From: Acidobacteriota bacterium
GTDB lineage: Bacteria; Acidobacteriota; Terriglobia; 20CM-2-55-15
Direction of reading: 5' to 3'
DNA length: 49,106 nt
NCBI GenBank assembly: GCA_022821265.1
Contig: JAJEDW010000076.1
Coordinates: 1-49,106, forward strand
The notes beneath the pieces are model-generated. The model did no database searches and was not told the origin of the DNA. It was given only the letters and a program-made list of their open reading frames with translations. The position numbers were made by a program, and so were the translations under genes. Every line of letters begins with the position of its first letter. Position 1 is the stretch's first letter. Below are positions 29,216-37,542 of this stretch, one piece after another.

Positions 29216-29424
29216 CGGATGTCTCCTTGACGGCAAGGCGTGGGAGCCGGTTCGGCCCGGTATTCAGCGTCTTTCCGTCGTCTGCCGCGTCCGCAAGGGC
29301 ATCATCGCCTACGAATTCCGCGCTTGGCAAGGCCCTGTGCGGAGCGGACGCCGGCAACCGTTGGGAACGGACCCATCCGGGTGTTCGCGGGCTCGGAACA
29401 CCGCCGAGGCGAGCCGCGGCAGTA

Positions 29425-29826
29425 TCATTCGTCGTCCCAGTTTCCGATGGTCGTTCCGTCGGCGAACTTCGCGCCGACGAACCCCCCGGCCGGCGCCCCG
29501 CTCAGCATCGGACGATAGCGCATCGTCACTTCGGCGCCCACTGGAAAGCTGGACGGGCGGATTCCGCGCCGGCCCAACTGGTTGGGGCTGCCCCACTCGA
29601 TGCTCCATTCCACGCTCTCCCCGCTCTCGTCCTCGACGAGCACCTGGATCCAGGTGTGGGGGTTCGTGAACTGGAAATACTTGACCGTGCCGGCGATCTG
29701 CCGGACTTCGTCCCGGGAGAACCCGGTGTTGGAGTGATGACCGAGCGCCGGGCGGGCGGCCAGGCACAGCCCGGCCGCGGCCACGCCGACAAGAGCGGCG
29801 TTTCCGAAGAGTCGTTGTCGCGTCAT
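29425..29826 (-). CDS. Exported His-His/NPH protein (DUF6152-like), copy 1
   Basis: Signal peptide ALG|HHSN, then GTV...FTNPHTWI...WSIE...LGRRG. Not listed separately in the ORF track (it is the tail of 29425..30681). Confidence 0.8.
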   Translation of the reverse strand: MTRQRLFGNAALVGVAAAGLCLAARPALGHHSNTGFSRDEVRQIAGTVKYFQFTNPHTWIQVLVEDESGESVEWSIEWGSPNQLGRRGIRPSSFPVGAEVTMRYRPMLSGAPAGGFVGAKFADGTTIGNWDDE

Positions 29827-29858
29827 GGCAAGCCCCTTGGGTTCGGAGATCGGTCGCC

Positions 29859-30704
29859 TCAATCGAGCGGAAACGGGTTCCCGTCCGGGTCGAGCGTCAA
29901 CGTGACGCCCTGTTCCGTATCGACCGGATTGCGGTTGTTTTCCGCGCACCCGTAGTCGTACACCATCGTGCCCGGCGGCAGTCTTCGAAACTGGTGCGTG
30001 ACGGGCCACGGCCCGGTCAGGGCCTGCGGATCGGTGATGACCATGTCGATCTGAAGATTGCCCGCATCGTTCACGTACATTCGATGCGTCCCTTCCGCCT
30101 GGTTGCTCAGCACGAGGCCCGTGCGATCGAGCAGGACATCCCGGTCCATCCAGCCCTTCGTGCTCTTGGTTTCCCACACGAGTGTCCGACCCTCCCAGCG
30201 CCCCACCGAGACACCCGTGTACGTGGGCCAGCGGTCTTCCGGAGCGGGCATCTCGCGCCCGTCGGTGTAGATCCTGTAGACGTTGGGTCCGTTCTCGCTC
30301 AGGATCCACGTCTGTTCCGGCCGAACGACCATCTCGTAGACGTCCGGCAGGTTGAAGATACGGGGCCACCCCACGGGAACCCCGCAGTTGGATATGACGT
30401 CCGGGAACCGTTGCTGGTCCCTCAGCGCCAGGTGCTCCCGGTACATGGCTTCCCACTCGGCGTTGTAGGGCGGATGCTCCCGGACCCCCGGAGTCGTCGA
30501 ACCGCCCTCCCCCTCCCGGGTCGCCTGATCGAAAACCGTGCCGCCGATCATTTGCCAAACGCCGCTCCAATCCGGGAGATCGCCGAAGTCGGGCGGGGTG
30601 TCTCCCTGAGCGCGGGACGTACCCGGCGCGAGGAGGAGAATGACGCCGAGACCGGCAATCAGGGCGGCCCTTCGAGACCACAGTGACTGGCTGCTATTCC
30701 ACAT
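29859..30704 (-). CDS. Exported two-Cys 'WEGDTL' domain protein, copy 1
   Basis: Signal peptide SRA|Q. PDWSGVW, NCGVPVGWPR, GRWEGRTLVWET, DP..LTGPW and YGCAENN. Alternative TTG start at 30713. Confidence 0.8.
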   Translation of the reverse strand: MWNSSQSLWSRRAALIAGLGVILLLAPGTSRAQGDTPPDFGDLPDWSGVWQMIGGTVFDQATREGEGGSTTPGVREHPPYNAEWEAMYREHLALRDQQRFPDVISNCGVPVGWPRIFNLPDVYEMVVRPEQTWILSENGPNVYRIYTDGREMPAPEDRWPTYTGVSVGRWEGRTLVWETKSTKGWMDRDVLLDRTGLVLSNQAEGTHRMYVNDAGNLQIDMVITDPQALTGPWPVTHQFRRLPPGTMVYDYGCAENNRNPVDTEQGVTLTLDPDGNPFPLD

Positions 30705-30857
30705 GACCTTCAACCTCGTGACTCGCGGCTCCTTCCGAAACGGCTCGGCTGCGATTCGGGACTGAAACCCGACGGTAACGGAATTGTAAATTCAGTGCCC
30801 GCCGCACGACAAGCCCGAACGACGGCCGGCGGGAGCGCATCTGTTAACGTTACGGGC

Positions 30858-31574
30858 GTGGCAGCGCAAACCATCCGTATAGAGACTCGATTTCGAGGAC
30901 CGCGAAACTCCGGAAACGGCGGTTACACGTGCGGCCGCGTGGCCGAGTTCATCGACGGACCGGCGCGCGTCCGTCTGCGCGTGCCGCCGCCGCTGGACGC
31001 GCCTCTCGACGTCGAACGACACGGCGACGGCGTCCGCGTCGTCCGCGGCGAAACGCGGATCGCCGAAGCCTGGCCCGCGTCCGATCTCGAGCTCGACGTG
31101 CCGGCGCCGCCGGGCTTCGACGACGCCGAGCGGGCATCCCGGGATTTCAGCGGCTTCCGGAGCCACCGGTTCCCGACGTGTTTCGTGTGCGGCGTCGATC
31201 GGAAACCCGGCGACGGCCTCCGCCTCTTTGCCGGCCCGGTCGCGGACCGTGACCTGGTGGCCTGCACATGGATCCCCGACCCCTCCCTGTCCAAGGACGG
31301 ACGGACGGTCGATCCGGTCTTCGTCTGGAGCGCGCTGGATTGTCCGGGCGGTTTCTCGTTCCCGCATCCACGGTCCGGAACGATTCTCCTGGGAGAACTG
31401 ACGGTCCGGTTGCAGGCGCCCCTGGAACCCGGCGCGCCCGCCGTCGTCATCGGTTGGCAGATCGGCCGGGACGGGCGCAAGCACTTCACCGGCACGGCGC
31501 TGTTTTCCTCCGGCGGCGCCGTGTGCCACGGCGCCGGCCGCGCCACGTGGTTCGAGGTCCCGGACGATCCCTGA
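30858..31574 (+). CDS. Hotdog-fold thioesterase-like protein
   Basis: FRGPRNSGNGGYTCG, HRFPTCFVCG, WSALDCPG and GRKHFTGTAL motifs. GTG start inferred. Confidence 0.72.
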   Translation: MAAQTIRIETRFRGPRNSGNGGYTCGRVAEFIDGPARVRLRVPPPLDAPLDVERHGDGVRVVRGETRIAEAWPASDLELDVPAPPGFDDAERASRDFSGFRSHRFPTCFVCGVDRKPGDGLRLFAGPVADRDLVACTWIPDPSLSKDGRTVDPVFVWSALDCPGGFSFPHPRSGTILLGELTVRLQAPLEPGAPAVVIGWQIGRDGRKHFTGTALFSSGGAVCHGAGRATWFEVPDDP

Positions 31575-31592
31575 CACCCCCGCCCGGCGCCG

Positions 31593-31608
31593 TTAACAAC
31601 GTTTAACA
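31593..31608 (+). promoter_or_regulatory. TTAACA-N4-TTAACA direct repeat, candidate transcription-factor site
   Basis: TTAACA at 31593 and 31603 (10-bp phase), in an otherwise GC-rich intergenic region upstream of the phosphatase gene. Confidence 0.4.
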
Positions 31609-31685
31609 CTCCGCCCCGTAGCGTTGGGGGCCCGGCCGCCGTATTCGCCTATAGACAACGGCCAAACGGCGGAAGGGAGCGAGCG

Positions 31686-33119
31686 ATGGCGTCAGGCACA
31701 CGGAAGACGGGAAGAAAGCAGGTATGGTTCCGCGTTTTTCTCGCGGGCGGACTGACGCTGGCGCTGATCCTGTTGGCGCACACGGTGTCGACGTACGTCT
31801 ACGTGTCGGGCAACATGGTGACTCAGGCGTCGCTTCGGGACGCGGCATCCCGGCTGCGTTCCGTCGAACGCCACATTCGCGGCGCCGGCGTCAGCGATCC
31901 GGCGGCTCTGTCGGAGGCCCTCGAAGAAGTCCGGACCGAGTCGGACCCTCCCATCGCCTGGTTGAGGCTGATCCGCCCGGACGGTTCGGTGCTGGCGTCC
32001 ACGGCGGCCGCCCTCGACCCGCCGGTCTCCTTTTCGAACCTGCGCCAATCCGCGGCGGATGCGGGAACGTTCCACGAAACCCGCCAGACCCCGGACGGAA
32101 CGGTTCTGGTCACGGCCTTTCCCGTGCGGCTGAATCCGGGCGGCCGGGCCGGGGCGCTCCTGGAAATGGCCGTGGACCCGGACGCCGCGGCCGCCAGTTT
32201 CGCCTATCTGCGCGTGAACCTGGTGATCGGCGTGTCGGCGGCGTTGGCGTTGCTGGGAACGCTGGTGCTGGTCCGCCTCCGGTTTCCGCACTATCTCCGT
32301 GGGAAGCAACTCGAGAACCAGGTGGCGACGGCCCGGTCCGTGCAGAACCGTTTGCTGCCGAACTCGACTCCGGCCTCGGCCGCGGCCGAAATCGCCGCCG
32401 ATTGCCAACCGGCGGGTCACGTCGGGGGCGACTTCTACGACGTCTTCGAGACCGACCGGAGCCGGTTGGCGCTGATTCTGGGAGACGTGTCGGGCAAGGG
32501 GATCGCCGCGGCGCCCCTGATGGGGTTCATCCACGGCGCGGCCCATGCCAGCGAGTGGACGGAGTCGACCTACGACCACGAGCGCGCTTCGCGGCGCCTC
32601 AACGACCTGGTGTGCCGCAAGACCGACCCGGAGCGTTTCGTCAGCATGTTCTGGGCGTATTTCGACGCCGACGACCATCGGCTGCGCTATGTCAACGCCG
32701 GCCACTTGCCCGCCCTCATCGTGCGGAACCCGCGCACCGGAGCCGGAACACGCCGCCTGGAAGACGGCGGGCCCGTTCTCGGCGTGGTGCCCGGCGCCGC
32801 CTACACGCAGGGCGCCGTGGAGATCGAGCCCGACGATGTTCTGGTCGTGTATTCCGACGGCATCGTCGAGGCTTCGAACGCGCGCGACGAGGAATTCGGA
32901 GAAGCGGGGATCGCGCGCGCCGTCGCCGAATCCTGGCGTGAGCCGGCCGAGGACATCCGGGCCCGGATTCTCGCCGCGCTCGACGGGTTCACCGGAGGCC
33001 GTGCGCCGGAAGACGATCGGACCCTGATCGTGATCCGGTTCGGACAGGCGGCCGTCGAGGCGCGCCCCGAAAGAGCCGCGCCCAATGAGGCCGTGGCCGA
33101 AGTCGCCATGTGCGCGTGA
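31686..33119 (+). CDS. Membrane-anchored PP2C/SpoIIE (RsbU-like) Ser/Thr phosphatase
   Basis: Two TM segments flank an extracytoplasmic domain. VGGDFYD, GDVSGKG, NAGH, YSDG and EDDRT motifs. Confidence 0.92.
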   Translation: MASGTRKTGRKQVWFRVFLAGGLTLALILLAHTVSTYVYVSGNMVTQASLRDAASRLRSVERHIRGAGVSDPAALSEALEEVRTESDPPIAWLRLIRPDGSVLASTAAALDPPVSFSNLRQSAADAGTFHETRQTPDGTVLVTAFPVRLNPGGRAGALLEMAVDPDAAAASFAYLRVNLVIGVSAALALLGTLVLVRLRFPHYLRGKQLENQVATARSVQNRLLPNSTPASAAAEIAADCQPAGHVGGDFYDVFETDRSRLALILGDVSGKGIAAAPLMGFIHGAAHASEWTESTYDHERASRRLNDLVCRKTDPERFVSMFWAYFDADDHRLRYVNAGHLPALIVRNPRTGAGTRRLEDGGPVLGVVPGAAYTQGAVEIEPDDVLVVYSDGIVEASNARDEEFGEAGIARAVAESWREPAEDIRARILAALDGFTGGRAPEDDRTLIVIRFGQAAVEARPERAAPNEAVAEVAMCA

Positions 33120-33137
33120 ATGCGACGAGCGCGATCC

Positions 33138-33165
33138 TTGCAAATTAGCAAACCGTTTCTATAAT
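33138..33165 (+). promoter_or_regulatory. sigma70 promoter of a probably leaderless ATPase gene
   Basis: TTGCAA, 16-bp spacer, perfect TATAAT. ATG follows 6 nt later with no RBS. Confidence 0.65.
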
Positions 33166-33171
33166 GCAAGA

Positions 33172-34320
33172 ATGCTGCGCCGTCGGATCACGGACCTGCT
33201 CGGCCAGCGCCTGACCGATTATCCGGCCGTCGCGCTGATCGGATCGCGTCAGAGCGGCAAGACCACGCTGGCCCGGTCGTTGGACGGGATCTATTTCGAC
33301 CTGGAACAACCGGCCGACCGATTGCGGCTCGACCTCGGCTGGGACGAGGCCGCCGCCTCCGCGCGACTGATCATCCTGGACGAAGCCCAGGCCGCGCCGG
33401 AGGTCTTTCCCCGCCTGCGCGGGGCGATCGACGCCGACAGGAAGCGCCACGGCCGATTTCTGCTGCTCGGCTCGGTTTCGCCGGAACTGACGACCCAGGT
33501 CTCGGAGTCCCTGGCGGGCCGGCTCTCGATCGTCGAGTTGACGCCCCTGTTGCTGCCGGAGCTGGACAGCCCGACCGCGCTTCGGCGAATGTGGCTACGG
33601 GGCGGCTACCCGGACGGCGGCGTGTTGGGAGGCGCCGGATATCCCGTGTGGCAACGCGACTATCTGAGTTTGCTCGTTCAAAGAGACCTTCCCAACTGGG
33701 GCTTGCCGGCTCGCGGCGAGGCCATCCGGCGCTTGTTCGGCATGCTTGCCGCCCGTCATGGCCAGGTATGGAACGCCAGCGAGATCGGGAAGGGATTGGG
33801 CATGTCCTACCACACCGTGAACGATTACCTGAACTACCTGGAAGGAGCGTTCCTGATACGGCGTCTGCCGGCGTATCACGCCAACATTGGCAAGCGGCTC
33901 ATCAAGCGGCCGAAGGTCTACTGGCGGGATTCCGGACTGCTCCACGCGCTTCTGAACGTGGAGGATCCGAATCACCTCCTGGCCCAACCTTGGGTCGGTT
34001 ACAGTTGGGAGGGCTTCGTCGTGGAACAGGTCCTCGGCGCCCTGAGCTCGGGCGGGCGGCCCGTCGACGCCTATTTCCTGCGAACCTCCGACCAGCGTGA
34101 GATCGACCTGATCATTCGTTTCGGCCGGGAGTTGTGGGCCGTCGAGATCAAGCTGACCACCCAGCCCGTCGACGCCGACATGCGGCATTTGAACGCCACC
34201 GCCGACCTGATCGGCGCCGACAAGCGGATCCTCATCTCACAGGGCCGGGAGTCCGTCGACGGCGGGTCCCGGATGCTCTGTAATCTTCCGGACTTTCTGA
34301 GCCACATCGCCGCGGCATAG
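33172..34320 (+). CDS. AAA_14 ATPase with C-terminal DUF4143 (PD-(D/E)xK-like) domain
   Basis: GSRQSGKT Walker A, ILDEAQ Walker B, SESLAGR, RGGYP, PKVYWRDSG and EIDL...AVEIK. Confidence 0.9.
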   Translation: MLRRRITDLLGQRLTDYPAVALIGSRQSGKTTLARSLDGIYFDLEQPADRLRLDLGWDEAAASARLIILDEAQAAPEVFPRLRGAIDADRKRHGRFLLLGSVSPELTTQVSESLAGRLSIVELTPLLLPELDSPTALRRMWLRGGYPDGGVLGGAGYPVWQRDYLSLLVQRDLPNWGLPARGEAIRRLFGMLAARHGQVWNASEIGKGLGMSYHTVNDYLNYLEGAFLIRRLPAYHANIGKRLIKRPKVYWRDSGLLHALLNVEDPNHLLAQPWVGYSWEGFVVEQVLGALSSGGRPVDAYFLRTSDQREIDLIIRFGRELWAVEIKLTTQPVDADMRHLNATADLIGADKRILISQGRESVDGGSRMLCNLPDFLSHIAAA

Positions 34321-34332
34321 CGGCGCCGCCCC

Positions 34333-36033
34333 TCAGTCCAGGGAGAACGTCCACACCGCCGAGCCGCCTTCGCCGCCCCGGCCCGCCATGACCGAGACGT
34401 ATTGGCGGCCGTCGAGCGCGTAGGTGACGGGCTGCCCCGGGCCGGGGGCCGTGGCCGCTTCCCAGAGCGTCTCGCCCGTCTCGGCGTCCAGCGCCTGGAA
34501 CCGGCCGTCGGCCTTGCCGACGAAGAGCAGGCCGCCGCCGGTCGAAAGCGTGCCCCCGTGAGAGCCGTCGCCGGCGATGCGCCACCGCTCTTCCTGGGCC
34601 ACGGGATCCCACGCGACCAGGAACCCGCCCCGGTTGGGCATCCCCGGGTTCGGAGGCCGGACGAACCCCTCGGGCGCCCCGCCGCGGCCGATCAATCCCG
34701 TGTTCGAGCGTCCGAACTGGTACTCGTACGCCGTGTTGACGGCAAAGTAGTTGTTGCCGTTCTGACCGGGAATGTAGACCAGGCCCGTCGCCGGGTTCCA
34801 CGACATGCCCTGCCAGTTGTGCGCGCCGTAAGGGCTGGGCCACAGCCACGCGGGACCGGTCCGGCTGTAACGCGCGTTCGCGGCTTCGATGGGACGGCCC
34901 GTTTCCGGATCGACGCCCTCCGCCCAGTTGACTTCCGCGAACGCCTCGGCCGATATGAACGCGCCCGTCACGCGATCGATGACGTAGAAGAAGCCGTTCT
35001 TCGGCGCCTGCATCAGCACTTTCCGTTGGCGGCCTTCGATCGTCAGCTCCGCCAGGATCATCGGTTGCACGGCGGTGTAGTCCCATTCGTCGCCGGGCGT
35101 CGTCTGGTAGTACCAGACGAGCTCGCCGTCGTCGGGCCGCACGGCCAGGATCGACGACAGGTAGAGGTTGTCGCCGCCGCCGGGGCTCCGGAGCGTCTGC
35201 GTCCAGGGGCCCCCGTTGCCGGTGCCGACGTAGAGCAGGTCCTCCTCGGGGTCGTAGGCGAACGCGTCCCAGACCGTCCCGCCGCCGCCGAGCTCCCACC
35301 ATTCGCCCGTCCATGTCTCGGCCGCGCGCGCCAGCGCGTCGCTCTCGAAACCGTCGGCGGGGTTGCCGGGCACGGTATGGAAGCGCCACGCCTGCTCGCC
35401 GGTTTCCGCGTCATAGGCGGTGAAATACCCGCGGACGCCGAATTCCGCCCCGCCGTTGCCGATGACGACCTTGCCCTTCACGACGCGCGGCGCCCCGGTG
35501 ATGCTGTATTCGTCGTCCCTGGGCGTGGTCTGGACCGACCAGACGACGCGCCCATTTTCGGCGTCGAGCGCCACCAGGCGCCCGTCGAGGAGACCGACGT
35601 ATACCTTGCCCGCGTACAGGGCCGCGCCCCGGTTGACCGGACCGCAGCACAGGTGCGGCCCGCCCGGGCCCCGGGGGATGCCCGCGTCCCATCGCCAGCG
35701 CTCCTCGCCCGTGCGCGCATCCAGCGCGAACACGCTGTTCCAGGTTGTGGTCCCATACATGACCCCGTCGGCGATGAGCGGCGTCGCCTCCAGCGTTCCG
35801 GTCGAATCGGTATCGTAGGACCAGGCCGGCGCCAGCCCGCCGACGTTGTCCGTGTCGATCAGATCGAGCGGGCTGTGTCGCGTTTCCGCGTAGTCGCGGC
35901 CGTTGGACAGCCACTCCTCCGCCGGGACCTCCCGCAAACGCGTGTCGTCGACGGCTTGGCGGGCCAGGGCGTGGCCGCCCCAACCCAGCAGGGCCATCGC
36001 CAACAAGCCGGCGCGAAAGTTGCAGGTGCGCAT
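34333..36033 (-). CDS. PQQ-dependent alcohol dehydrogenase family protein, paralog 2 (no heme c domain)
   Basis: Signal peptide. [32 protein letters not shown] and GAHNW motifs. Start re-called at 36033. Confidence 0.93.
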   Translation of the reverse strand: MRTCNFRAGLLAMALLGWGGHALARQAVDDTRLREVPAEEWLSNGRDYAETRHSPLDLIDTDNVGGLAPAWSYDTDSTGTLEATPLIADGVMYGTTTWNSVFALDARTGEERWRWDAGIPRGPGGPHLCCGPVNRGAALYAGKVYVGLLDGRLVALDAENGRVVWSVQTTPRDDEYSITGAPRVVKGKVVIGNGGAEFGVRGYFTAYDAETGEQAWRFHTVPGNPADGFESDALARAAETWTGEWWELGGGGTVWDAFAYDPEEDLLYVGTGNGGPWTQTLRSPGGGDNLYLSSILAVRPDDGELVWYYQTTPGDEWDYTAVQPMILAELTIEGRQRKVLMQAPKNGFFYVIDRVTGAFISAEAFAEVNWAEGVDPETGRPIEAANARYSRTGPAWLWPSPYGAHNWQGMSWNPATGLVYIPGQNGNNYFAVNTAYEYQFGRSNTGLIGRGGAPEGFVRPPNPGMPNRGGFLVAWDPVAQEERWRIAGDGSHGGTLSTGGGLLFVGKADGRFQALDAETGETLWEAATAPGPGQPVTYALDGRQYVSVMAGRGGEGGSAVWTFSLD

Positions 36034-36106
36034 GGCGGCCTCTCTTGTAATACACGCGCCCGGAAAGTACAAACGGATTTGCGGAACGCCCACCGGGAGG
36101 GTCGAC

Positions 36107-37468
36107 ATGTCCAACGCCGAGACAACGCACATGAATCGGAGGGAGTTCGCCGGAACTCTGGGCGCCGGGGCCGCCGTGCTGACCTCGTGCGCCTCGGGAC
36201 CATCGGCGCCGCCCGACGCCCGGCCCAACGTCATCTACGTCATGGCCGACGACATGGGCTATGGAGACCTCAGCGGCTACGGACGCCCCGACGTGGAAAC
36301 GCGCGCCCTGGACCGCCTCGCCTCCGAGGGCGTGCGGTTCACGCAGGCGTATTCGACCGCGCCGATATGCACGCCGACGCGAGTCGGGATGGTGACGGGC
36401 CGTTACCCGGCCCGCCATCCCGTCGGCCTGATGGAACCGCTGCGCACGGGCGTGGCGGCGCATCGGCTCATGGGGTTCGATCCGGAACACCCGACCCTGA
36501 GCTCGCTCCTGCAGGGCGGCGGCTACACGACCGCGTTGTTCGGAAAGTGGCACCTGGGCTGGCTGCCCGAGTACCGTCCCGAGCGCCATGGCATCGACGA
36601 GTTCTTCGGCCCCCTGGGCGGGTCGATCGATCACATCAGCCACATGAACGCCATGGGCGAACACGACCTCTACCGCAACGGCGAGGAAGTCTTCGAGGAC
36701 GGGTACTTCACCGATCTCGTGACCGACCATGCCGCCCGTTTCCTGGCCGAGCGGCGCGAACCGTTCTTCCTGAGCCTGCAATACACGGCGCCCCACTGGC
36801 CGTGGCAGCGACGGAACGATCCGCCCTACGAAGCCGGCCGGCCGCTGGACGACGACGGCCCGCCCGGGATCTATCCCGAAATGCTCCGGATATTCGACGA
36901 GAACGTGGACCGCCTGATGGCGGCCGTCGACGACGCTGGCGTTCGGAACAACACGATCGTGATCTTCACCAGCGACAACGGCGGCGAACGCTACTCCAAC
37001 ATGGCCGGTCTGGCCCGTGCGAAAGGCGAAGTCTGGGAGGGGGGCATTCGCGTGCCCGCTTTCGTGCGTTGGCCGGGCGTCATCCCGGCCGGCGGAACCA
37101 CGACGCAGGTCGCGATGGGATTCGACTGGACGGCCACGATCCTGGCCGCCGCCGGCGTCGATGCGGCGGAAACGCATCCGTTGGACGGAATCGACCTGAT
37201 GCCGGTGATGCGTGGAACGGCGCCGGCCGTGGAACGCACGCTCTTCTGGCGGACGTTCCAGTCATCGCGGCAGGGAGCCGTTCGGAGCGGTGATTGGAAA
37301 TACCTCCGGGACGAACAGGGCGAGCACCTGTTCAACCTGACCCTCGACGCCGGAGAACGCAACGATCTCGGCGAAGTCGAAACCGCCCGGTTCGAGCGGC
37401 TCCGGGCCGCCTACGTGCAGTGGGACGCGGAAATGCTGACGCCGGTTCCCCTGGCCCTGGACGCCTGA
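36107..37468 (+). CDS. Sulfatase (Cys-type) with twin-arginine lipoprotein-like signal
   Basis: NRREFA Tat motif and LTS|C lipobox. [28 protein letters not shown] and EGGIRVP. Alternative start at 36131. Confidence 0.9.
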   Translation: MSNAETTHMNRREFAGTLGAGAAVLTSCASGPSAPPDARPNVIYVMADDMGYGDLSGYGRPDVETRALDRLASEGVRFTQAYSTAPICTPTRVGMVTGRYPARHPVGLMEPLRTGVAAHRLMGFDPEHPTLSSLLQGGGYTTALFGKWHLGWLPEYRPERHGIDEFFGPLGGSIDHISHMNAMGEHDLYRNGEEVFEDGYFTDLVTDHAARFLAERREPFFLSLQYTAPHWPWQRRNDPPYEAGRPLDDDGPPGIYPEMLRIFDENVDRLMAAVDDAGVRNNTIVIFTSDNGGERYSNMAGLARAKGEVWEGGIRVPAFVRWPGVIPAGGTTTQVAMGFDWTATILAAAGVDAAETHPLDGIDLMPVMRGTAPAVERTLFWRTFQSSRQGAVRSGDWKYLRDEQGEHLFNLTLDAGERNDLGEVETARFERLRAAYVQWDAEMLTPVPLALDA

Positions 37469-37494
37469 GCTTCCGGCGGGCTCGCGCGGCCTCC

Positions 37495-37522
37495 TTGCAA
37501 CATCCCACGGCTGGGGTAAATT
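37495..37522 (+). promoter_or_regulatory. Putative sigma70 promoter of putA
   Basis: TTGCAA, 16-bp spacer, TAAATT, then AGGAGG RBS. Confidence 0.5.
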
Positions 37523-37542
37523 AGAGTCAGGAGGTTCGGCGC

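Noticed and set aside
26763-36033. Lanthanide-dependent (XoxF/ExaF/PedH-type) dehydrogenases
   Set aside because: Both read W-D-Y-T and lack the additional Asp of the D-x-D lanthanide motif.
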